This document shows, piece by piece, positions 48,988 to 58,700 of a stretch of 64,000 bases of DNA. The DNA comes from Candidatus Saccharimonadales bacterium. GTDB taxonomy: Bacteria > Patescibacteriota > Saccharimonadia > Saccharimonadales > 2-12-FULL-41-12. Made by a program: the position numbers and the translations under genes. The stretch spans positions 609,701 through 673,700 of the forward strand of contig JBFIJM010000001.1 in the NCBI GenBank assembly GCA_041600715.1. Reading direction: 5' to 3'. Each line of letters opens with the position of its first letter. Within the stretch, counting starts at the first letter, position 1. The notes beneath the pieces were generated by a model. It did not search any database. It was not told the DNA's origin and saw only the letters and a program-made list of their open reading frames with translations.

Positions 48988-50262
48988 ATGAATCCAAAGA
49001 AGTTAGTGCGCAAGCTTGTGCCAGCCAATGCTGTAACAAAGCTTGAAAACACCTATCGTAAAAGTAGGGGAGTGTTCTGGCAAGCACTTTATGGATATCC
49101 TGCAAGAAACTTAAAAGTAATCGCTGTAACGGGTACAAATGGCAAAACTACCACAGCAAGCTACATAAATTCTGTTTTAAGAGCTGGGAATTTAAAGACA
49201 GCAGTTTATACCACCGCATATTATGAAGTTGCTGGCGCTCAAGTGCCTAACCACACTCACATGACTGTGACCAGCCAGAAGTCGGTGCAATCTTTTTTTG
49301 CTAAAGCAAAACGCGCAAAGGTAGATTATGTAATTCTTGAAGTAACTTCTCATGCCCTTGATCAAGGCAGAATCGCCGGTGTTAATGTAGAAGTAGCAGT
49401 CATGACCAACCTGACTCAGGATCATCTAGATTATCACGGTACTATGGAACGCTATGCCGAGGCTAAGTCTAAGCTGTTTACGGATTATCAGGCTAAACAT
49501 GCCGTACTAAATATCGACGATCAATGGTTCGATTTCTTCATGAGCAGGACAGTTCAGCCCACTATCACTTACGGTCAGCGAAAAGATTCTAGCCTACATC
49601 TTAAGGAATACACACTAACACCAACGGGCTCGACTTTTAAGGCGCAATACAAATCTCATCAACTCAGCATGACCACTCAGTTAGTTGGTCTATTTAATAT
49701 CTATAATGCACTTGCTAGTACTTCTGTTGGCTTGGCTCTCAAACTCGATCCAGAGGCTATTAAGCTTGGCATTGCTAGTCTCGCAAATGTACCCGGACGG
49801 ATGGAGCAAATTAATGAAGGCCAGGACTTTGATGTAGTAGTGGACTTTGCTTATACTCCAGACGCTCTCCAGAATGTACTTAGTACATTAAAAGAAGTTA
49901 CCAAAGGCAAAATTAGCATTGTTTTTGGCGCCACCGGCGACCGCGACACCACCAAACGCCCAGCCATGGGCAAGGTGGCGGGGAAGCTGGCTGACCGAAT
50001 ATATTTGACCGATGACGAGACTTACACCGAAGATCCTGTAACAATCCGCGATGCGGTGTACGCTGGCATTAAGCGAGCTAATGCTCAGGATAAAACACAG
50101 GTCGTCGACGACCGGCTAGAAGCTATAAAGCTTGCCTTCAAAGAAGCAAAAAAAGGCGATGTTGTACTACTAACTGGCATTGGTCACGAAAACTACCGCA
50201 ACATGGGTGGCAAAAAGCTCCCTTGGGACGAACGCCAAATCGCCCGTGAACTACTTAAGTAA
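48988..50262 (+). CDS. murE: Mur ligase, UDP-N-acetylmuramoyl-L-alanyl-D-glutamate amino-acid ligase (MurE-like)
   Basis: 424 aa. GTNGKTTT P-loop, TSHALDQGR and NLTQDHLDYHGTMERYAEAK (MurE-type). Has a short N-terminal domain. Confidence 0.8.
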   Translation: MNPKKLVRKLVPANAVTKLENTYRKSRGVFWQALYGYPARNLKVIAVTGTNGKTTTASYINSVLRAGNLKTAVYTTAYYEVAGAQVPNHTHMTVTSQKSVQSFFAKAKRAKVDYVILEVTSHALDQGRIAGVNVEVAVMTNLTQDHLDYHGTMERYAEAKSKLFTDYQAKHAVLNIDDQWFDFFMSRTVQPTITYGQRKDSSLHLKEYTLTPTGSTFKAQYKSHQLSMTTQLVGLFNIYNALASTSVGLALKLDPEAIKLGIASLANVPGRMEQINEGQDFDVVVDFAYTPDALQNVLSTLKEVTKGKISIVFGATGDRDTTKRPAMGKVAGKLADRIYLTDDETYTEDPVTIRDAVYAGIKRANAQDKTQVVDDRLEAIKLAFKEAKKGDVVLLTGIGHENYRNMGGKKLPWDERQIARELLK

Positions 50263-50308
50263 GATTTCACATTAGCAAAACTGGACATTATATGTTTAAA
50301 TAAATGTA

Positions 50309-50584
50309 ATGGAGTTTCCTAAAAAGGCATTTTATAACCAAGAAGTAACCCCGGTGACCGTTGATCCAACGGTCATTTCTATTAGTGTCCTCAAGGCAAT
50401 TTTAAGTGATGAACGGGAAGCAATTGATGAGCAGATTGAACATGTACAGAATACGATACCAGATCATCTTACTCCAATCAGCGAACAGCTAGCACATAGT
50501 AAAGAAGCAGCGCAGGTCGAAGGTAGAAGTTTAGAGCTTTCGATAATCACAGGCAAAGTACTTCGAGCCATCGAAGATCGTTAA
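50309..50584 (+). CDS. Hypothetical protein
   Basis: 91-aa ORF with no motif. Confidence 0.3.
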   Translation: MEFPKKAFYNQEVTPVTVDPTVISISVLKAILSDEREAIDEQIEHVQNTIPDHLTPISEQLAHSKEAAQVEGRSLELSIITGKVLRAIEDR

Positions 50585-50663
50585 AATTAATACTTTACAA
50601 GAAATCAATTCTATGCTACAATAGGATTTGTTAAATACATAACAAAAATTAGAAATAAACATT

Positions 50664-51725
50664 ATGCGTCAACAAGAGCAAGAAACTTCCACTCACATAC
50701 CTCCTCAGGGTGTAGGGTTTGTCTTTGGTGACTATTCTGACCCTGTCTTAATTAAGGATGAACAGGATTATCTCAAAACAGAACATGAGGCCGCTCCTGA
50801 TGTTGGTGCTACGATTGAGGTTGCCGCACTCGCTGGTAGCTTAATTGCCGAACGGCTGATTAGTCAACAGACGAGTAAGAGTATCGCCTCAGCTAAGGAA
50901 TATTCAGAAGCTACTCAAAGCACTCTCGAAAAATACCCCGAGACCGCTCACGACACATTTGAATTTGAACCAGGCATAGCTGTCCATATAAGCGACAAGG
51001 AGTACAACCCTAAAGGTCGAGCAACTCAACAACTTTTCGGAAAAGGTATTTTTCAGAGTCGCAAGATGACAGCAGTTCGTGATGGTAACAAGGCCATTGT
51101 TTCGTATGCTCGTAGACGTGGCTCCAGCGAGGTAGTTTTGGAGGGGTTCTATATTTCACCATCCCTACGAGGGGAAGGTAAAGGAGTTGAGCTTATTAAC
51201 AAATTTATGGACCGTATGCGCGTAGAGAAGCGAAGACTCACAAGAACCGAAACTATTCGCAAGCCAGGTATTTCACTTACTCTTGAAAAAGCAGGATTCA
51301 CGCTTGATCCGGCCGACAAAAGTCAAGGTATTCATGTGGTCGTGCTCCCTAAAACACCTCAAGAAATAGCAACCGAGAAATCTACTGATATTGAAATACC
51401 GCCACTTGTTTTTGTGAGTGGCGAAAGAAAACCAGATATGTCCCAGGAACAAGTGCTTAAACAAATTAGAAAAGAACTTAACCTCGCTAATGGTAGTAGC
51501 ATGCGAATGAACAGGTCTGGGAAAGAGTTCTATAGGATAGCAAATGATAGCGACAATCCTACCAAGGTAAATGCTGGGTTTAACTCTAATTTAAAAATCT
51601 ATCTAGATAAAATTGCGAATGCTTCTTCCCAGGAACAAGCTAGATCTATAAGAAAATCTGCCAGCACCATTCTTGGTAAAAGATGGGTCCCCCCAAAGCG
51701 CAAGAATAAACCAACTCATAAGTAG
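50664..51725 (+). CDS. Hypothetical protein with a possible GNAT-like acetyl-CoA-binding segment
   Basis: 353 aa. EGFYISPSLRGEGKGVELINKFM resembles GNAT motif A (R/Q-x-x-G-x-G/A). Confidence 0.4.
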   Translation: MRQQEQETSTHIPPQGVGFVFGDYSDPVLIKDEQDYLKTEHEAAPDVGATIEVAALAGSLIAERLISQQTSKSIASAKEYSEATQSTLEKYPETAHDTFEFEPGIAVHISDKEYNPKGRATQQLFGKGIFQSRKMTAVRDGNKAIVSYARRRGSSEVVLEGFYISPSLRGEGKGVELINKFMDRMRVEKRRLTRTETIRKPGISLTLEKAGFTLDPADKSQGIHVVVLPKTPQEIATEKSTDIEIPPLVFVSGERKPDMSQEQVLKQIRKELNLANGSSMRMNRSGKEFYRIANDSDNPTKVNAGFNSNLKIYLDKIANASSQEQARSIRKSASTILGKRWVPPKRKNKPTHK

Positions 51726-51748
51726 TAACAACAAGCTTGACACGTAAA

Positions 51749-51775
51749 CTAGCACTCGGGTATAGTGAGTGCTAA
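51749..51775 (+). promoter_or_regulatory. CIRCE operator (HrcA binding site) upstream of groES
   Basis: CTAGCACTC-GGGTATAGT-GAGTGCTAA compared with the consensus TTAGCACTC-N9-GAGTGCTAA. Lies about 80 nt upstream of the groES ATG. Confidence 0.85.
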
Positions 51776-51857
51776 TGAGCGTATAACTGGTGCCGATTTG
51801 CGAGACTGCACGAGGGGTACGCTCTTCTAAGATAAGTAGCTAACTACAGGAGGAATA

Positions 51858-52151
51858 ATGTCAGTACCTATTAATCCACTATCAGACTATGTTGTGGCTC
51901 AAGCAGAAGTAGCCAGCAACAAAACAGCATCTGGTTTATATCTGCCAGATAATGCCACAGAAAAACCAAAGACTGCCAAGGTGGTAGCCGTTGGCCCAGG
52001 TAAAGTCGGCGATGACAACGAGCGTGTCCCTATGACTGTTAAGGTTGGCGACCGAATTGTTTACAAGAGCTACAGTACCACCGATGTAAAAGTTGGTGAT
52101 CAAGATTATATTCTTGTCCGTGAAGACGACGTACTAGCTACAGTTAAGTAG
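51858..52151 (+). CDS. groES: Co-chaperonin GroES
   Basis: 97 aa. Typical GroES sequence (mobile loop TASGLYLPD) directly upstream of groEL. Confidence 0.95.
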   Translation: MSVPINPLSDYVVAQAEVASNKTASGLYLPDNATEKPKTAKVVAVGPGKVGDDNERVPMTVKVGDRIVYKSYSTTDVKVGDQDYILVREDDVLATVK

Positions 52152-52227
52152 CCAAGCCACCCGTCTCTAGTCGTTAGTCACTAGAGACAAAAGACCAGAG
52201 ACTAGTAACTACAAAGGAGTGAAACTA

Positions 52228-53880
52228 ATGAGTAAAAAAGTATTTTATGATGACGATGCAAGACGCCGAGTATTAGCTGGCGCCGAGATTTTATATAACG
52301 CTGTAAAGACCACCATGGGGCCAAAAGGTCGTAACGTAGTGATCAGTAAGAGCTATGGTAATCCAACCGTAACTCATGACGGCGTAACTGTTGCAAAGGG
52401 TGTTGAGATCGCAGATGTAGACGACGAAACCCTTGGCTATAAGGTAGGCGCAGAGCTTATTAAACAAGCAGCGAATAAAATGAATGATGTTGCCGGTGAC
52501 GGTACTACTACAGTAACCGTACTCACGTATCACATCCTTAATGAAGCCAATAAGTTGATCGCAGCGGGTCACAACCCGATGCTTCTTAGAAAGGGTTTAG
52601 AGCAAGCTACCCAAGAAGTGATCGCTGAATTAGGTGGTCTGGCAGAAGATATTAAAGGCGATAAAAAGCGCGTAGCTGAAGTTGCTACTATTTCTGCGGG
52701 CGATCGGGCCATAGGCGAGTTAATCGCTGATGTAATCGACAAAGTAGGTAAAGACGGCGTTGTTACAGTTGAGCAAGGTCAAGGACTAGGCCTCGAACAA
52801 GAAGTTGTAGAAGGCTTCACCATGGACCGCGGCTTTATTAGCCCGTACATGGTGACAGATACTGCCCGGATGGAAGCTGTACTAGATAAGCCACAAATAA
52901 TTATTACTGACAAGAAGATCAGTTCTATTCAGGAATTCTTACCAGTACTAGAAAAAGCAGCGCAACTGGGCAAGAAAGAGATTGTACTAATTGCAGAAGA
53001 TCTAGAAGGCGAAGCGCTGGGTACATTAGTTCTTAATAAGCTAAAAGGCGTGATCAATGTCGTTGCTGTTAAGGCACCAAGCTTTGGCGACAAGCGAAAA
53101 GAGATTCTTCAAGACATTGCTGTGCTTACTGGAGCTCAGGTTATTACAGAAGACCAGGGCATGACATTCGAGAATGTGGATGAATCTGTGTTTGGTAGTG
53201 CTCGCAAGGTGATAGTAGGCAAAGACAGTACTACAATTATCGAAGGCTCTGCTCCAGCAAAATCTATCGAAGCGCGTATTGAGCATATTTCGGCCCAAGC
53301 AGATAACGCAAAATCTAGCTATGACCGCGAAAGTCTAGAGAACCGCAAAGCAGCGCTTGGTGGCAAAGTTGCAGTTATAAAGGTTGGAGGTGCCACAGAA
53401 ACAGAGATCGAAGAGAAGAAATACCGTGTCGACGACGCAGTCGCTGCAGTAAAAGCAGCTCTTGACGAAGGTATTGTGCCAGGAGGTGGCGTAACTCTAG
53501 TTAACCTAGCTAGCGCCGTTCAAGCAGGGACTGATAAGAATCAATCGGTCGAAGCTGGCAAGCTCTTACTTCTTCGGGCTCTCGATCAACCATTCCGTAT
53601 CTTGCTTAGTAACGCTGGCCTCAACGCAGATGAGTGGCTACCTCAGGTAAAAAATGGCAAGCCAGGGCATGGTGTTAACGTAAACGAGCCAGGAAAACTA
53701 GTTGATCTCAAGGCCAACGGAGTGATCGATCCAGCACGCGTTACCAAAGAAGCTTTACAAAATTCGGCGTCCATTGCAGGTACAGCTATGACTATGGGTG
53801 CGCTCGTAGTAGAAGTTCCAGAGCCAAAATCATCTACGCCTGATATGTCAGGTATGGGTGGTGGCATGGGCATGATGTAA
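52228..53880 (+). CDS. groEL: Chaperonin GroEL
   Basis: Start at ATG 52228 (MSKKVFYDDDARR), preceded by AAAGGAG. AGDGTTT motif and a GGM-rich C-terminus (GGGMGMM). Confidence 0.97.
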   Translation: MSKKVFYDDDARRRVLAGAEILYNAVKTTMGPKGRNVVISKSYGNPTVTHDGVTVAKGVEIADVDDETLGYKVGAELIKQAANKMNDVAGDGTTTVTVLTYHILNEANKLIAAGHNPMLLRKGLEQATQEVIAELGGLAEDIKGDKKRVAEVATISAGDRAIGELIADVIDKVGKDGVVTVEQGQGLGLEQEVVEGFTMDRGFISPYMVTDTARMEAVLDKPQIIITDKKISSIQEFLPVLEKAAQLGKKEIVLIAEDLEGEALGTLVLNKLKGVINVVAVKAPSFGDKRKEILQDIAVLTGAQVITEDQGMTFENVDESVFGSARKVIVGKDSTTIIEGSAPAKSIEARIEHISAQADNAKSSYDRESLENRKAALGGKVAVIKVGGATETEIEEKKYRVDDAVAAVKAALDEGIVPGGGVTLVNLASAVQAGTDKNQSVEAGKLLLLRALDQPFRILLSNAGLNADEWLPQVKNGKPGHGVNVNEPGKLVDLKANGVIDPARVTKEALQNSASIAGTAMTMGALVVEVPEPKSSTPDMSGMGGGMGMM

Positions 53881-53895
53881 CCGACACCTGACTGG

Positions 53896-53933
53896 ATATT
53901 AAAATACCCTCATCACAGAGGGTATTTTAATAT
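53896..53933 (+). terminator. Rho-independent terminator of groESL
   Basis: Perfect 16-bp inverted repeat ATATTAAAATACCCTC-ATCACA-GAGGGTATTTTAATAT. Confidence 0.8.
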
Positions 53934-53999
53934 CGTCTCATTGACAAAAGTATGATTATGTGCTAGTTTTAAGGTAAGGTTTTTATAAAGATAAACAAT

Positions 54000-55196
54000 A
54001 TGTCTATTCACGAGATCGATCCGATTAAGCGTAATCCCGAGACACTCCATATGCAGATTGCGCCAAGTCCGGATATATTTCGAGGATTTGGTAGCATAGC
54101 TACAAAATACAACAACGGCGAGCTGGATACTGAGTCAGCCCACACTAACGAACGAGAAGCATCAGAATCTGCAAAAAAGTTAGCCGAACAAGGCTTTGTA
54201 AAACAAGCGCCAAGATTATCAGAGCAACTTGCAGATACAACGCGCACTAATCGTTTTCAGTATGCTCCTTTAGAGAAGGGAATATGGAACACTGACCCCG
54301 AAGAAGATGTTCTTGTAGAAATGACCGAGCATGAAGGACTTACCTATCTCGACGCTTTCTTGCGAGATACTGCACACTTACTAGGTAGCCATGAAATTAT
54401 CGAAGGACGTGAAATCGGAGTAACACTCCATGGCATTAGAGAAAATCTTAGCTTTATCGGCGAAAAAGAATATACAGAAGGGGCTACTGGTCTTGGGGCA
54501 TATTGGAGACATTACTTAGACTTAAGCCCAAACAATCAAATATGTGTAATTACAGAAATTGGTAAAACCGGACGCAGACAGAGCGATACATTTCTTCTTG
54601 AACGAGTACTCCAGACTTTTACAGAACAAGAGCGTGAGGTTTACGCTGGCAGGATCGTAAGGCGTTTACAGGATTTAGAAGCAGAGCCAGATAACGCAAA
54701 AGTGATATACCCTGACGACTGGTCAATCAGCGGAGCACAAATAAGAAATGAGCATTTTATGATTATGACAGACGAGAGGTATGCTGAGTATTGGCGATAT
54801 GCTGATAGTATGGAGGTTAATCTACTAATCTCACCGTCCCACAGAATTGTCCATGGACTTCCTGTGGAAAGTGCTCTTGAAGATCGTCGCCCACTACCAG
54901 TCCGGGCATATTTTGTGGCCCATGATGCACCCGATACAGCAGAAACAATAAGAAATCACTTTGCGCACGTTAGCGGTACACATTCATCAGTTGACTATGA
55001 CTTCGAAAAGGAAATAGCCGGAGCTGTAGAATTTTTGAATGCAGAGCAAGAAATCGATGGAGCAAGTGACTCTAAGAAATGGATCATGCCACCTCTAACC
55101 AATATTTTCCGCAAATATCGCCGAGTACCGCCTGAGACATGGATAGGTACTGACGGTAAGATAGCTGGCTTGCCAAGCCATAGAGAACAGCGGTAA
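54000..55196 (+). CDS. Hypothetical protein with a possible PRTase-like segment
   Basis: 398 aa. KVIYPDDWSISGAQ resembles the PRPP-binding hhhhDD..sG motif. No other motif recognised. Confidence 0.4.
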   Translation: MSIHEIDPIKRNPETLHMQIAPSPDIFRGFGSIATKYNNGELDTESAHTNEREASESAKKLAEQGFVKQAPRLSEQLADTTRTNRFQYAPLEKGIWNTDPEEDVLVEMTEHEGLTYLDAFLRDTAHLLGSHEIIEGREIGVTLHGIRENLSFIGEKEYTEGATGLGAYWRHYLDLSPNNQICVITEIGKTGRRQSDTFLLERVLQTFTEQEREVYAGRIVRRLQDLEAEPDNAKVIYPDDWSISGAQIRNEHFMIMTDERYAEYWRYADSMEVNLLISPSHRIVHGLPVESALEDRRPLPVRAYFVAHDAPDTAETIRNHFAHVSGTHSSVDYDFEKEIAGAVEFLNAEQEIDGASDSKKWIMPPLTNIFRKYRRVPPETWIGTDGKIAGLPSHREQR

Positions 55197-55865
55197 ATGG
55201 AGATATTTATGCCTGAATCACAGCCTTCTCTGACTGATATTCTCCACACTAGTGTTATGAACGGAGATGTTATTACCGCACAACAAAACTTTGAGTCGGT
55301 TTTAAGGAATGGCACGGAGTCTTTGCCTGGTATTATTTCTGAAGAGAAAAGATTGGCGTTAGTTGACGCACTAGATCAAAGTAGTGAGGACATATCAACT
55401 CTTTATGAGTCACGTCCAGAAGTGTTAAAAGACAGCGAACCGGCTAGCAGGACAGAAGTATATTCCCAAGGACAGCAATTTGACGAGGCCCTCACAGATT
55501 TTATGGGTGTGTTCGACCAAAAAATCTGTAAGAGTGTTGAGCCAGCAGGGGATCAGTCGTTCCCCTGTGTGAAAAAGGCCGTAAGTGATTCGACTAAAGC
55601 TATAAAAGTGCTCAAACGCGTAATTGGTGCCGAACAAGTGTTAGATGTTGCGACTCTAGAAGAACTCGGTTGGTATACCAGGAATGCAGTGCTCGAAATG
55701 TTACAAGAAGCAAGGCAAGTCGGCAGAGACTTTGCCTTAAATAATAAAGATGCGACCGACAACGAGCTTGTCGATAACCTAGAAGTCTGGCGGGATGAAG
55801 TAGGTGACTGTTTTGTTTATGCTGGTAAGAGTATAGACCAGGCCCTGCAAGAAATTGATAAATAA
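55197..55865 (+). CDS. Hypothetical protein
   Basis: 222 aa. Its start abuts the stop of the upstream gene (TAAATG). Confidence 0.4.
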   Translation: MEIFMPESQPSLTDILHTSVMNGDVITAQQNFESVLRNGTESLPGIISEEKRLALVDALDQSSEDISTLYESRPEVLKDSEPASRTEVYSQGQQFDEALTDFMGVFDQKICKSVEPAGDQSFPCVKKAVSDSTKAIKVLKRVIGAEQVLDVATLEELGWYTRNAVLEMLQEARQVGRDFALNNKDATDNELVDNLEVWRDEVGDCFVYAGKSIDQALQEIDK

Positions 55866-55891
55866 CTGTTATCAGTATATAATATTAATTA

Positions 55892-56590
55892 ATGTCTTTA
55901 GAGATCTATCCTGTTGTCCACGTAACTAGCGTAGACCAAGCGCGCGCTCAGTCCAACCTAGCACTTGAGAGTGGTGCAGACGGGGTGTATCTCATCTCTC
56001 ACGGTCTTGTAAACAGCAGGGGGTTGCTACATACCCTCAATAAGGTCTCCTCAGACAATCCGCAGAGTTTTGTGGGTATTAATTTGTTACATGGTGGCGG
56101 TGCTTATCAACAGCAGACTTTAATGAATGCATTAACAAATGGGGAGATAGATCAGTACCCAGATGGACTATGGGTAGATGACGCTACGATTGAAAAAGAA
56201 GTATTCTTAGAACAAAGGAAGAATAATCCTGAACTTAGTAGAATTAAATATCTTGGTGGAACAGCATTTAAGTATACGTATAACTTCACTGATGACCCTC
56301 ATAAGGCAGGACGTTTGGCGCGCGAAGCCTCCTCTTATGTAGACGTGGTCACTACTAGCGGTGAGGAAACAGGCTCTGCTCCTAACCTAGCCAAAATTGC
56401 ATCTATGAAGCAATCAATAGGTGAGCAACGCTTGGCCGTAGCCAGCGGAATAAGTGTAGAGAATATTGAGAAGTATATGAATCTTGCAGATGAGGTGTTG
56501 GTCTCTACCAGTATAGAAATACGCCCATACTCTGGGGTGTTCCGTGTATCAGCCTTAAAGGAAATAATCAAAAAAGCTCACCAGGACTAA
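55892..56590 (+). CDS. Hypothetical protein, possible phosphate-binding TIM-barrel enzyme
   Basis: 232 aa. Alternating beta/alpha pattern; SGADGVYLISHG and LAVASGISVENI are reminiscent of ThiE/BtpA-like barrels. Confidence 0.35.
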   Translation: MSLEIYPVVHVTSVDQARAQSNLALESGADGVYLISHGLVNSRGLLHTLNKVSSDNPQSFVGINLLHGGGAYQQQTLMNALTNGEIDQYPDGLWVDDATIEKEVFLEQRKNNPELSRIKYLGGTAFKYTYNFTDDPHKAGRLAREASSYVDVVTTSGEETGSAPNLAKIASMKQSIGEQRLAVASGISVENIEKYMNLADEVLVSTSIEIRPYSGVFRVSALKEIIKKAHQD

Positions 56591-57516
56591 CTAGCGATTT
56601 TACACTCGTCTTTTCCTGGCACTGAGTACCCCCGGAAGTCTAGATGCGGATTAAAGAACTGGACCACAGCATAGCGGTTAACGCCTGGTTTTTCATTAAC
56701 AACGTCGTGGGCAAAGATTGGTAATTGGTCTAAAGCTTCTTTTGCTCTTAGATTTTCTGGCAAACGTCTAAGTCCTGCTGAAGTAAAGAATTTCCCTATG
56801 TATTCTTGATGAGAAACAGGCGCTAAGCCGGCTGACAGTTCATCTCTAGATTGTCGATCCAAAGGACGTAAGTATCCGTTATCTGATGCTAGTCCTCGCA
56901 GTCCCGGGTGGCTCTCGTTAATTGCCATGGTTACCACTCCTCGATCAAAGTGTGCTTCAGCGTGGTCTTTATTGGCTGATGCGATATAGTCAATTAGCCT
57001 TAGGTGATGTACCTCTCGTGCAGGATCGTTATGGAATAAAACATCACTCAGCCCTAGAGCTACCGCCCCCAACTTAGAAGCTTTTCGACCTTCGAAATAA
57101 AATTCTGCAGATTGTTGAAGCAATATGTCTAGCTCAGCTGGGAGTTTGCCTATCCTGACGCATGCTCTAGCTAGAGTTTGAGGTCCAATATGAAACACAT
57201 ACTTATGATCTTGACCGGCGCCTCTAGAATTATCTTCGTAGGTGTTTGATTGGCCGGGAATACGTAAATCGATAAAATACGATTCATTGCCGAGTAGCTC
57301 AGATTCTGGACGAGCTTTGTACGCAACAGCTTTTTTTAGCTGTTCTCCACCCGGTTGTTCTGTTAGCTCCACAAAGTTCTTAAAAGACGAAAATAACTCC
57401 TGTGTATCTGAATTATTAACACCTACTGCAATGTTAGCATAACCAACTTCTTCGATTTGTTCTCTTACCTCTGCCGGGGTTTCTGCTACCCGAGGTGCAT
57501 CAATAATTTCTGCCAT
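56587..57516 (-). CDS. Putative 2-oxoglutarate/Fe(II)-dependent oxygenase superfamily protein
   Basis: 309 aa. The HxD...H pattern AHFDRGVVTMAINESHPGLRG ... FAHDVV resembles isopenicillin-N-synthase-like oxygenases. Confidence 0.45.
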   Translation of the reverse strand: MAEIIDAPRVAETPAEVREQIEEVGYANIAVGVNNSDTQELFSSFKNFVELTEQPGGEQLKKAVAYKARPESELLGNESYFIDLRIPGQSNTYEDNSRGAGQDHKYVFHIGPQTLARACVRIGKLPAELDILLQQSAEFYFEGRKASKLGAVALGLSDVLFHNDPAREVHHLRLIDYIASANKDHAEAHFDRGVVTMAINESHPGLRGLASDNGYLRPLDRQSRDELSAGLAPVSHQEYIGKFFTSAGLRRLPENLRAKEALDQLPIFAHDVVNEKPGVNRYAVVQFFNPHLDFRGYSVPGKDECKIAS

Positions 57517-57636
57517 TTACCCTCCTAGTTACTGATTCTACCCAGTAGTATAAACAAGTTTAGAACAACTGTCTGTTGCAAAAAAGTCTACTATGTAGTA
57601 AAATAAGCAAAAGCTTATAGGGAGTTATGCATAATT

Positions 57637-58086
57637 ATGTCACTATTTGATCGATTTAAGCGCAAGCCAAAAGTAGTATTACCAGAAGAGGTAAATGCTT
57701 ATTACCAGGCAGAGAAAAGAGAACGGATAGGAGTAGCTATAGTCTTAGCTATCATTGCCCTAATCAGCACTGTTCTTGTAATTGGTGGTTTATTTTTTGG
57801 TGGTCGTTACGTTTATCGTCAGTTTTTCGATGATAAGCAAACAGAGCAAACTCAGGTAGGGAATGGGGATAACAAGGACACAAATAATCCTAGACCAAAT
57901 GGCGATCAAGAAGTTACTCCGAATCAGAACGACGGCTCAGATACAAATGGTTCGTCTCAGAATAATTCTAATAATGGGTCTACTCCTCAACCTCAATCTG
58001 GATCAGGAACTGTAGAGTCACCTTCTCAGGCTATTCCGCCACTAGGTGATGAATCGTTGCCACGAACTGGTGATGAGGGCATGTAA
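57637..58086 (+). CDS. Hypothetical N-terminally anchored low-complexity protein
   Basis: 149 aa. TM helix IGVAIVLAIIALISTVLVIGGLFF, an N/Q/S/G-rich tail, and the ending LPRTGDEGM. Confidence 0.4.
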   Translation: MSLFDRFKRKPKVVLPEEVNAYYQAEKRERIGVAIVLAIIALISTVLVIGGLFFGGRYVYRQFFDDKQTEQTQVGNGDNKDTNNPRPNGDQEVTPNQNDGSDTNGSSQNNSNNGSTPQPQSGSGTVESPSQAIPPLGDESLPRTGDEGM

Positions 58087-58097
58087 GCTAGTTAGGC

Positions 58098-58604
58098 TTA
58101 CTGTTTTTGTTGAGTTAAGTAATTAATCTCGTTCACTACGGCGAGTAAAGCTTCGGCTTTTACTGTCTCGTCAGTTATGGCGTTGGCTGCGTCGTAGGCA
58201 CTTTTTATCAGAGCCGGGTTATCGGATGCCTGAATGAGCATCATTATTGTTTTGTATTTTTCTTCTGGTGGCTGATCTAACTTGTCTACTAGAGGAGACA
58301 ACTGTTCCAGTGCATCGTGTTTTATTGATTCTAGGTCGCCACTGCTGGAACCGGCTGTGTTAATAGCTGGCGCAGAAGTTTGAGACGAGTTTTGCGCGCT
58401 GGTATCTACGAGTGCATCGTTAGCGGTGGGTGCAGTATGGAGAGTTGTGGTGTTTGGTCCGCCATTGTCATTTGGAGGCGTAAAGTTGGTCGGATTACCA
58501 CCCAGACCTAACGGTGGTGTTTGATTATTAATTTCTTGCGCAACCGTATCTATGTCGGTGTTTGTTTGCGTTTGGTCGTTTTGTTGGTCGTTGAACATGC
58601 CCAC
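58098..58604 (-). CDS. Hypothetical protein (low-complexity N-terminus, helical C-terminus)
   Basis: 168-aa ORF with no motif. Confidence 0.4.
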   Translation of the reverse strand: MGMFNDQQNDQTQTNTDIDTVAQEINNQTPPLGLGGNPTNFTPPNDNGGPNTTTLHTAPTANDALVDTSAQNSSQTSAPAINTAGSSSGDLESIKHDALEQLSPLVDKLDQPPEEKYKTIMMLIQASDNPALIKSAYDAANAITDETVKAEALLAVVNEINYLTQQKQ

Positions 58605-58700
58605 CCCTGATTGCTGTATTTAACAGCTGTTTCAATTAACTATTTTTCAATCTACAATAGTAGAATAGCAGATTGTAAGCATAAACGACAAGGAGTTAAA

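Noticed and set aside
58057-58071. LPRTG (LPXTG-like sortase motif) four residues from the C-terminus of the 149-aa protein
   Set aside because: No hydrophobic segment or positively charged tail follows the motif (the protein ends ...LPRTGDEGM), and no sortase is visible in the window. It is probably coincidental, although a truncated sorting signal cannot be excluded.
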